Assembly (NCBI GenBank): GCA_000708835.1
Contig: DF237612.1
Span: 1-46,212, forward strand
Origin: Klebsormidium nitens
Taxonomy: Eukaryota; Plantae; Klebsormidiophyceae
DNA: 46,212 nt
Reading direction: 5' to 3'
In this document: piece by piece, positions 1 through 11,100 of the stretch
Layout: the number at the start of each line of letters is the position of its first letter
Numbering within the stretch: the first letter of the stretch is position 1
Made by a program: the position numbers and the translations under genes
Notes under the pieces: generated by a model
Databases searched by the model: none
Told to the model about the DNA's origin: nothing
Seen by the model: the letters and a program-made list of their open reading frames with translations, nothing else

Positions 1-2133
1 AAGATCCTAGACCGAGACCGGACTCTTATATCTTCGGACTGTTGGCGTTGCCGACCCATTTATTCCGGGCTCGTGTGTGTGTGTTGTATACACGCTTAGG
101 CATCATGCGCAGAAACAATTTCGGGCCGGTTCGGGCTTCATCAAAAAACGTTCTATTCTAGTTACCGAGCAATTACTAACAACAAAGCAGCATGTTTTAG
201 CACAAGAGTATGGCTACAAGCATGCTACCCTATCATGGTGTAAATTACTGGGTATGAAGTCAAACGAATTTAGCAATCAGTGGTCACTGGGACTATGACG
301 CTATGTTATTTAAATCATCTACTGCATATGGTCTTCACTTCTTCTCCGGGTCTTTCGGGGGCGGGCATGGCAGGTTCTGGAGTATCAAGTACAAATAGGT
401 ATCAGATCATGGGTACGACGTCAGTACTGGCCAGTCCAGCCAGCGTGACTACTACTACGGGTATATTTAAACACTCAGAATCTCTATCTGCCATGTGTCA
501 TTGACATATTTGAGGTATTGTGGCACACGCAAGAGAATGAGACTTAGCCAACTCTTGATTGGCAACAACAATTCATTGATCTTGTAGATTCGAGTCGTAT
601 TTTTGGAATATCTTGTAGAGTTTTTGTAGTTCCGAGTTGTTACCAATGCACAATTGATACTGCTGGGCATCATTAGCCTAAAGCATCAAGTTTGAAGCAC
701 GCTTAAACTTCATATGAGTACATGTACAAGCATTGCATCATCAGCACTCGTTCAAGTTGTTTCATTGCATAAGTGTAGCATAAGCTATCAGGCCCCTCAG
801 AAAATTCCGCGTCATGTGGGCTCAAAGTGGCCAGAGTAGTATGGTTCGACAACTAGACGGCTAATCACACCAACTTTGGTCACCTGGTGAACGGGAGGCT
901 CTCCAAGCGCAGCGTACTAAGCGATCAATGCGACAATGATGGGGGCCCAGTCCTCACTGACATGGAACGCTCATGCAAATCTGATTGAAGATAAGGAATG
1001 TGCCTGGCATTTAACCGACTTTGCAGCCCGCCAGCCAATCAGCAACCATAACGTACTTACTTTGAGCATATGAAGCCTCCAAACTCCCGAGGGCCAATCT
1101 TCCGAGGGTCGATCTCCCCTCTACACTGCCGACTAATACCAACATTTGATCACAGCACACAGCCTTCTTCCTTCATGCAAACGAGCAAGTTCGATCAAGT
1201 TTCTACCGTCCGCATACCCAACCTACCACATGCTCGGTTGGAGTACATGTCAAAATGGACAATCAAGCTCGGGACGGTTTTTCAAGCGTTATTGACCAGG
1301 GTCCTAACTCAAACCTTCAGAATCAATCAAATCTTGTTGCTCGATTTTCTGTCTCCCTTTTCTGAGTGTGCTTGCAGTGCCAACACTGTCGCCCGGTCAG
1401 AACTTATCGGGGTTAAGAAGCCAAGCTGAGCAGCAAATGCGAGTTAGACACAACAGGCAAGTGACATGGAGACGCAACGGTTGCGCAGCATGTCCAAGAT
1501 TTGAAAGAGAAATTGCACGTCAGCAACAAAGCAATCTGTAGTAAACACAGGCTGACTTTGGAAGAGCCTGCGACGTTACTCAAAACAGCGCACAGTGAGG
1601 ATAGAAAACTGCGGAGAGGCTCGTCGATGGAGAACCAAGTTGACGAGCCCCTCAAAGGTGAACCGGCTGACTGGACGAGTCCCGCGCACCGGCTCTCAAG
1701 CAGAAGGAAGCAACTTCCGGTTGTTACAGTTAAAGTCTTCGCTTTGAGAACCCAGCTTTTCACGACTGCTCAAATTAAACGGTTGAAGTTAAGGTCGGTC
1801 ATAATAAAGACCATGTAAGTGATTCGGGCATCTACAAGAGGGATGCACCATCCAGATTCAAAGGGGCCGAATCCCCTCGAAACCCAAACCCACTTCCTTA
1901 ACCAAATGTCTGCAAACAGCAGTTCCCTTTGCGTGTATCAAGTCCTCCAAAACCGAGAAGCCGCCTCAGGCCAAAACACAGCAGATCATTAGCACTCGTT
2001 CCTTCTCCACTCAAAGACCGTTTCCCGCTCCATACATCTTCGCACAGCGTCTTTCAGGACCGCCAAGAGAAGAAGCATCTCTGTGGCGTGGAAGGAAGCG
2101 CAAACTGAGCACTTATTCTGCTACCGGGCAGGC

Positions 2134-5100
2134 CTATCGAATCTCGCCATCCTCGCTGTCCAGTTCGCCATCCTCCCGGTTCTTCTCCCCGCCCTCCGCA
2201 CGGCCCCCGCCCGCGTCCCCGTGCCGCGACCGGTGCCACTTGTGACGCCCCTCGCCCTCCGACTCGCTCCCGTGGCCGTGCTGAAAACACAAAACCAATA
2301 TCGTATCAAAACAAACCTATGATAAGAAAGATCAGACTTTGTAACGATGATCAAAGGTCGTTAAACGCAACGTGCGAGCTTGAAAGTACAGCTCGTATTT
2401 AGAATTACCGGATCAGAAAAGAGCCGCTAGCTAGCGTTCTCCATGCACGCATTTCTTGCGGAAGAAGGTTAGCAGCCATCCGACAGCGACATTTCGTTCT
2501 ACCCAGCACGTTCGAGGCGGGCCAACACAACTCTGAGCACGATCACTTCGGTTAAAGAGTGCGTCTCTGTCGGCCGGCAGCCGGGATGTTAGTTTCGGCG
2601 TATTTCCAGCGCTCCTCAGACGAGAAAATAACAAACAAACGCAAGAAAAGACCGGCATTCGCCCCGTCCACATCATGTTCGCAATACAAGCCCGTGCGGA
2701 CGGCACAACATAAGAACAAGAGACAGGAGCCCAGAAGTTATGATCCAGGCGCCCTGCTATCGGCCATGACTCCCGCTCCTTGCATTAATACCTAGGATAA
2801 GTCGGCAAACGACGACCGCAATAAGACACGCAGATATCCACACTCACCTTCTTGGCGCTCTTCTCCTTCTTCTCGTCGCGGCTCTTGTGCCGGTGCTTCC
2901 GCTCCTTCTCCCCCCCCTCCTCCGGTTCTCCGCTCGCGCTCCGATGCCGCTTCCGGTGCCGCCTTTCCCGGCGCCGCTCCTCCGACTCGTGTTCCTTTTC
3001 GGGGGCGTCCGCGTCCTCCATCTTGTAGTCTTCCTCCGGAGGGGGGGGGACGTCGCGCTCCTTTTCGCGTCCCCGGTGCTCCTTCTCGCGGCCGCTGCGG
3101 CCCTTGTCGCGCTTGCGCTCGCGGTCCTTGTCCTTGTCTTTCTCGTGGTCTCGCTTGTGGGACTGCAGGGGAGAAAGCTTGTGTGAAGGCCTGAACATCT
3201 AGCGACATCAGGGAAGTCTTATGTTTTGTTTCTTATGTTTTGTTTCACGTCTCTTGTTAGTGAATGGAGGTGGTGCTTGAGACCGGGCGTATTTTACAGT
3301 AGCGTATTTTACACAGGAAAGCACGCAGGTAGGAGCTTGTGTGTTGTCGTGATCGTCCAGGGACCCTCAAAAACAGTTTGCAAGCGCTTTCAGGGCGTTA
3401 GGTCTTCCTAGCAGAGCTTCGAAGCGTCCGTGCATGACCATATTCCCAGATTAAAGGAAGGGAGATATAAGAAGTTTGGCGCACGAGACAGCGAACAATG
3501 TCCTTCTATGCCATCACTCTGAAAGCTCGACTCGAGCAACGCAGTCAAGCGTCTTAGCAGGGTGTCGCTCCTCATTCTTCTCTTTTGAGATAAGAAGAGA
3601 GCCACGGACACAACTTACAACCATGACCCCTCAGCATCTGCCCCAAAGCTGCTCACAGCTAAAATCTCAGTCCTCACCTTGTCCTTGTCCTTATCCTTGT
3701 CGTCCTTCTCGCGGTGGCGCTTCTCCTTCTCCTCCGCCTTCGCCTTCTGGCGGGCCAAATACTCCTCAAAGATGCGGACGCGGTCCGGCTCCTCAATGAG
3801 CCTGCCGAAAACAGCACCCCGTGTCAGATATCACTGGAACGTTTTCAAGTCTCGGCCAACATAGTAGAAAGCGAGGCAACTGAATTTCGTATCTAAAGCA
3901 GCTTCTCAGATGCGCCAAAAGAGGTCCTTGACCCACAATTTGCAGCTACGATGGCTTATGCATCAAATGGCTTATGCATCGTTGAGTCCTGCTGACTACA
4001 AGGTAACCCCAATCTCGTGCCCCAACTCCTTATTTCGCGGAGGCTCGTTCCGAAGTCAGCCAACGTGCATGCGACAATCCTCTGCACTTTATCGTTCGAG
4101 CAGCATTTCTCGCATCCTGGCAGGACGCCAGCTTTTACGACATGATTGGGGTGGAGGAAGGAATAACGGCGGCTCACGCACTTGTACGCAGGGTCTTTCT
4201 CGACCAGCGGCTTCAACTCGGCCCACGTAGAGTCGACATACACGGCCTGCACGTGCCAAAAAGAGCACGGATTTGACACGTGGCAAGAAAGCGGACACAC
4301 GTTTGACACGTGGCAACAGATTGGGTCCATTGAGAGGAGTTTGGCAGCAACTCATTCAGCACCTCTACTTCCTCCGACGTTTCGATGCTCATTTAGGATC
4401 GGACGGTCTATTGAGGCGGCAACTTGTCGTGGACCTTTGTAGGAAAAGGATGCAAGGGCTTTTCGATTTCAAGAACCTATTTCACTTCCGATTTCCAGGA
4501 AATTTCCCGTGGCCGAACAGACTGACCCTCCGGCTTTGCATATCGGGCCCAACTACACTGAAAGGCAGACTTCCGCTCTTTAGCTAATCTGCAAGACTGA
4601 TCCTCTACTTTTTGGACCGTGCAGATAAAACGAAGGGGTCCAATTTGTGTTGAGCACTGCCATCCGCTTCACGCTCCCTGATCGAAGCGCAGTCACCATT
4701 TTTTGACCTACAATTTTTTGTGAACCCCAAGATGCGCGAGAACGAGCAAGTGAAGATGAACGTGCTGCGGCACTCACTCTGGTGGCACGCAGGGCCTCGA
4801 CAAAGTCCTCGTCGAGGCGCTTCCTCTTCTTGACCTCTTTCTCCTCCTTTTCCTTGGCGCGCTCCAGCAGATCCTTGAAGATCAACTGCGCGGAATGAAG
4901 CAAAACAATCAGCTGTCAGCGCAAGCGCTTTGGAACAAGATGCGACCGAATCACCAGAAATGCGGAACAGAGCGGCATTAACCATGCACACAAAATACAA
5001 GCAGGAGCAGTCGAGCACAACACGAGAAAAAGCAGATGAAGCATGGGTGACAGAGCATCGCTTGTCAGACTGGAATTCAAACATGCAGAATGCAAGATAT

Positions 5101-8100
5101 GCGGCGTTCTTGCACTAAATGAAAAAGGACTCGCATCACTGGTGACTTGAAGAACGGTTTCGGAAGAAAGTTTCTAAGAAAGAGTAGCCTGTCTGCTGGC
5201 CCTTCCACCCCTGGGTAGTGGTCGTGATGTCAGCAGGGGCGCAGGATGACGCGGGGGGCGTACCTTAAGGTTCGTTTCTGAGATGGCCGCCAAGTCACCT
5301 GCTTGCGCCACCGCAGCCTGGAAGTCGCCGAACTCGGTGGCCGACGTTATTTTCAGCGCCACCGCCCCCTCCTTGAGCGCGTCCTTCACCTTGGCCTTCT
5401 CGTCCCGCAGCTGCAAACGCACGTCCGTGATTAGGGTTTTGATCTCTGATCTAAACGAAGTTTTCTAAGTTGGATTCAGTGCCTGTTAATAAAGAACGAT
5501 AAGACTTACGTCCCATACTTCAAACACCTGTCGATTTTTCTCATTTAAACGTTCCGTTCCCACCCCCATCGCACTATCACCAGCACAAAGGGCTCTGACG
5601 GGCGAAGTCGCCCTTCATATGAGAGCGTTCTTGACCTTGGCCTTGTCGTCACATAGCTGCTAAGATATTTCAAATCAGCGCAGTCAAAGTGTCGGTTTCC
5701 ATGCTGCAAGAGGCTTTCAATCGGGCACGTAGCTTGGTCACATCACGTCTTCCGACCCTTTCCTCGTGTGAACGAACGGAAGAGGTGTGCGCAAGTTTGC
5801 TTTACCTCGAACTGCCTTCGGAACTGCAAAGAAGTATCCATGACCACCAAGGCCGCTTCCGAAACCAGCACAGCTTCAAAGTGCGCAAGAAGACATTCTG
5901 AAAGCAAGAAACGAGGACAGGAAACCAGAACCGCCTGCCGGAAATCAAAGGCAAGCTCGGAGGCAGCGCACCTGGGTCGTAAGCTCTTCGATCAGATCCT
6001 CGAAGAGCTCCTTCGGCGTCGATCCTCCTGCGTTCCCCGCAACTGCTGCATAGGCGGGGGCCTCCTTGACCTGAAATCAAACAAGAAACGCCTTGGTCAG
6101 AAAGACGGTCCTAGAAACGTTTCGGGTTACACTACAGATCGGATCCTTGCCATTGCTTGCTCACACTGCAGAAGAGAGGTTCGCCAGATTATAGAAGGAC
6201 AGTAATTGGAAGGGTCCTTGGGCAGATCAATCTCAGTTTGCAAGTAAAGAGAACAACGAACATGGAAATTATGCTTCACGGCAAAGCTGCGCTTTCTAGG
6301 GGACTGATGTCTGTCGGTATAAGCTGGCAATGTCCAAGTGGCGCAGAGCCTTGGCTTTCCAGGTGGTCTCTCTACACAACCTTCGTAAGAGGCAGCTGGC
6401 CACCTTAGAATGGTCAGGACAGTAAGCTGGCAATCAGAGACGTAATCTGATTCCGGAAACTAAGCTGGCAGTCCTCCAAGTATGCTTGTGCTTTGCCTTG
6501 TGCAGGTCATTCCCACTTCATCTTTGCAGACAGCATTCGGCTGGCTCCATTGATAGATATAGATTCTCACAAAGACGACATGCTTGAACAAGAAACGCGC
6601 AGACACTACAGATTTGCCAATCACAGGCGACTTGCGGAGCCCTTAAACTCTTACCTTCTCGAGATAGTCCTTCCACTTGGTCTTGGCCGACAGCTCCCCT
6701 GCTGCCTTATGCTCGTTCATCAGGTCCCGGAACGCGTCCCGGTTCTTGCGCTCCTGGCGCCTCTTTTTCTCCTTCTCTAGTTGCTTCACCTCCTCCTCCT
6801 TCTTCTCCAGGTCCCGGATGTACTCCTGCAGAGAAAAAGCCACGCTTGAGAACGCCTGGCCGTCACTTGGCAATACGAATCTTGCAGTGCGTCAGTTGAC
6901 TGTCTTCGCTTTGTCTCCAGTGCACTTGTTGCTAGAGACAACGCGCTTCGCCGTGTATTCAGCACGGCGGAATGACTGACAGTCGACCCTGTTGCCGACG
7001 ACCTCGCATTGCAGAGACGGGCTACTCGGGTCAATCGAACAACAAAATGTGAAGCATATGCAGGGAACGGCCTCCCGGTTACTGAGCACCTCGGAAGAAC
7101 CTAGACTCGGAACCCTAATACTTCGAACTCAAAACCCTCTGCTATGCGTCCAACTAGAGAAGCAACCAGAACTCACCGTGAAGACGTCCATCTTGTCGAC
7201 CCGCTCCAGCTTAGTTGCGCTCTCGTCCTCCTCAAGCTTGTCAGCCACCTTCCTCCACGGCGTGGTAGACTGCAAAGGGGTGAGGCGTTAGCGCAACGTG
7301 ATCTCATTGTTCCAAAACCAGGGTTTTCTAGGTCTTCATGATTGACTCCGCTGCCGACTCGGACACCAATAATCTGTTCGAGCTCGATGCGAACGGCCTG
7401 TCCACTTGCTGAGGGAAAGATCGCATTGTAAAACGCTACTTGAGTTTCGTGCTATTTCTGTCAGAAAGGAAAGCCAAGACCAGCTTTTGTAAACAACGAC
7501 GCCATCTCAGATGCTACAATATCAATGATAAAAGACCACGTTGATGAAGTGGCACGTCCTGACAAAGACCCGGCAAGCGTCTATGTGGCTATACCTTACT
7601 CGGTGTCTTGCTTCGTCGTTCTATTCGCTTCCTGTCTGGTAGGACAATCCTACCTTGATGAAGTCGCACGTCTCAAGGAAGGCCCGGAATGCGTCCATGT
7701 GCTTCTTGCGCTCGCGCTTCTTCTCCTCTTTCTCCTTCTTCTCCAGGTCCAACAGATAATCCTCGAACATGTCTTCCCGCTCGCGATCATCCTCGAGGGC
7801 CTTGAACCGCGGGTCGTTCTCGAACATCACCACCGCTTTGCTGCGGGGGGGGAGAAACAAGGGAACGCTTGGGGGGGTGTCCTGGACATTTCTCGGGAAC
7901 GAGTCTGAGCGGACCGTTCAACATCACAACCGCCTTGCTGCGGGAGCGCAGGACAAGGGTAAGTCTGGGGGTAGTATCTCGATTCTTTTCCAGAACCAGA
8001 CTGAGCGGTTTCACCATGGTCTTGCTGACCGGCAAAGGTGATACAGGGGAACTTTAGAAGGAGGGCCGGAACTACCTCCTTCAATCACGTACAATGAGGT

Positions 8101-11100
8101 AAGCGAAAGGGGACAATCTGAAAGCCTGAATCTTGCCCACTTGTATCGCCTTAGTGAGCACCTGGGGTCTTCCTCCCATCACAGAAGCTGATCCTTCTGA
8201 GAAGCCCAGGAGTTCTTCCTCGAGGTTAGACAAGCTAGCTTTCGGTCTAACAGCAATTGGGGGCTTTCCCACCGACGCATCACGAGAATCTAGAGTACTT
8301 ATGAAGCCCAGGTTATGAAGGAACAATTCGCCCAAGACGGGTTGGGTTATCAAGGAGCTTCAAAGTCGGCACGGGTGCGGAGCAGGAAACTGTTTCAATT
8401 TAGGATTTCGTGTGAAGCATCGTTCTTGTAAGAGACTACAAATGTCGTCCAGGTAAATGGTTCGATACAGACATTTCAGGTTAAGCATCGTTCTTTATAG
8501 GATTTAAGAACATAATCCACTATTCTAATAAGCTATCCTCACCTCCAGCGCGTGGTGGCGGTGAGGAGCGTGGACGTCTGCAGCATGGTGAGAAAGTCCT
8601 CGCGCGCCTTCTTCTGCCGCAGCCGCTGCTCCTCCTTCTCCGCCTTCTTCTTCTGCGTCTGGTACTGCGCACACAAAGAAACAGCGAAATAAGAAGCTGG
8701 CAAGCATCAAACTAAATGACGGTCAGCTGCTCCTCCTTCTCCGCCTTTTTCTTCTGCGTCTGGTACTGCGCAAACAAAGCGGAATTTCGTGAGATTGTAA
8801 ATGATACGCAACAAAAGAGTGATCGAGCCTGCCCGTCATAGCAAAAAAACCGTATTTGGTGTGCTTTCTCCGCCTTCTTCTTCTGGGTCTGATACTGCGC
8901 ACACGAGAAGGGGCCAGCGTCGGAGCGTTAAAAACATTGCGACAAAGCAGGTGGCCAAATAAATGAGCATTCGCCTGTAAGTTCTGCCGGTCTCTCCGCC
9001 GTGTTCTTCTGGTACTTAGGACACGACAAAAGCGAAGATGATACCTAGCAGAGCAACAGAGTACGTCTTTGTTCACGGATCAGCGGATTGGCGGATCGGT
9101 CACTCCTCCTCCTCTTCTTTCTTCACCTGCGTGTGGCACTTGATGTGGAGCGAAGTGAGATTCTGGAGAGATCCTTTGCAACATAATATGCCTTCGAAGG
9201 CAACAGTGAAGACAAGTAATCAGCCCCAAAAAACTTGAGTAGCACTTCGACTTTATGAACAACTTGTGACTCATCGCAAGATGGAAAAGCAAGAAGCTGG
9301 GTGTGGGCCACGTTGAACTGCGCTGCCACGTGTGACTGTTGAATAAGTGCCATACTAGTTGAGCGCCCTTTCTCAAGTGAGAACAGGAAGAACCTTCTCC
9401 AGGTCATCAGAACAGCACACCGACCCCACACGTCCGACTACAGAACCGAGCAGGGAACTGTGAGCTTTCAAAGAAGGAAATCCCACTCCGGAGTTCAGCT
9501 CGGCAACATCCAAGTCCCTCTTTTTTTGGGAGCACGCTTGCAAATCGTTCAAAGATTGAAAGAACTGCGCTTTTCGAGTTACCTCGTTGAAGGCCTGCTT
9601 CTTCTCGCCGAGCGTCTTGAGTGCCACGTAGCGCTTGTCAGTGATGATCTTCTTCATCGCCTGCTCCCACGTCCAGTCCAGCCCGATCTTCTGCGACTCC
9701 AGCATCTCCTTGAACGCATTCTTGGCGTCCTGCACGGGAAAGGACGTGCATTTATAAATTCAAATTCAGAGAGTTTATTCAATGTCGAAAGCTTTATTGC
9801 AGTTGCAAGCCTTGAAATTTGCTTTCGCTTGTAGAAGCTTCCGAGTTGGCAAGGATTCAAAATCTCAAAGCCAAGCAAACAAACTTCGGCTGTATAAGGA
9901 GGCGGACACTGCTATCAACGTAGATAGCAGGCAGTTATATCCGAAGCTTTTTACATTTGCGCTGGGGCGGTGTAAGATGCTGGAACATTTACCCCTGCTG
10001 AGCTGCTGCTACGAGCGACACTTGCAAACGACTACTGGAGCTCAACCGTACAACCTGTTCTTCAGCTCAGGACACACCAAGCCGGACTTTGCTACGTTTT
10101 CTACAACAGCCAGCAACACGAAGGAGGTGAATATTTGCAGGAGCGATCAAAACGTTACCTGCTTGTTAGCGAACACCAGAGGCTCGTTCTTGAGGGTCGG
10201 CTTGACCTCCTCTGCGGGGGTAGTGTTGATCTTCCCCACAACGGGCTGCGCCTTCTTCGCTTCCTGCCAGAGGAATGGGAGATGGGGAATCAGCAACAAT
10301 AAACCTTTTTGTACCAGAATCAAAAGGAGAGTGCGTTTAACCGCCAGGAAACCGTGCACACATGCACCTTGTAACGAGTGCGCTGCTCATCCAACACGAA
10401 ACACGTTCTCCGAGCAACATTACTCTTTCGGCAGCCAGAAACGGGTGCTTATGAGCCAGGTCAAAAGCCGCCACTTGTCAACCGGCTCATCTTTTGCTCA
10501 GATGTGGCCAACGCGTACACAAGGAAACCGCAGAGGGTATACATTCAAAGACCCGCGGCCTTCGGCCCCCGCTAGCAAACTTTGCGACCCGTTCTGCATC
10601 TTCATCCGCAGATGCCCTTGACCTGCGTCTCAACGTGCAGATCGACCTTACGAACAACCTGCAGTTCGGTCTGCGTCTTAATCCGCAAAGAGACCACAAC
10701 CTGCTTCTCAACGTGCAAATCGACCAGCCTCGCTCACCTTCAGATTCTCAGCGGAGGCGCGCCCATTGACCGACACGCCATTCCCGGCCTGCTCGGGCGT
10801 CGGGAGCATCGGCGCGGGAGACAGCGCGGCCGGCGAAGCGCCAGTGAGCGGGGTCACAGGAGACGGGACGTAAGGCGCCATGGCGGGAGAAGGGGACATG
10901 GCCGGGGGAGGTCGGAAGGCAAGGGACGCACCGGGACCTGAGAGGGGTAAACTCGTGTCTGAGCCAACGGCACTCGAAGATATCATGGTGTGAAGACAGG
11001 GTGAGATTGACAAGGCGGAACTGAGAAGGCGTGATATAAAAAACATGCCACTTGAAAAGGGTGGCTTGACTCCTGCAAGTGCTCTACTTACGTATCAACA

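Noticed and set aside
1-2000. Short ORFs downstream of PRP40, possible TE remnants
   Set aside because: No recognisable domain, splice pattern or paired termini within the window.
2054-3412. Overlapping ORFs on both strands rich in R/G/P/L
   Set aside because: Alternative-frame or antisense shadows of the GC-rich, low-complexity PRP40 C-terminal exons.
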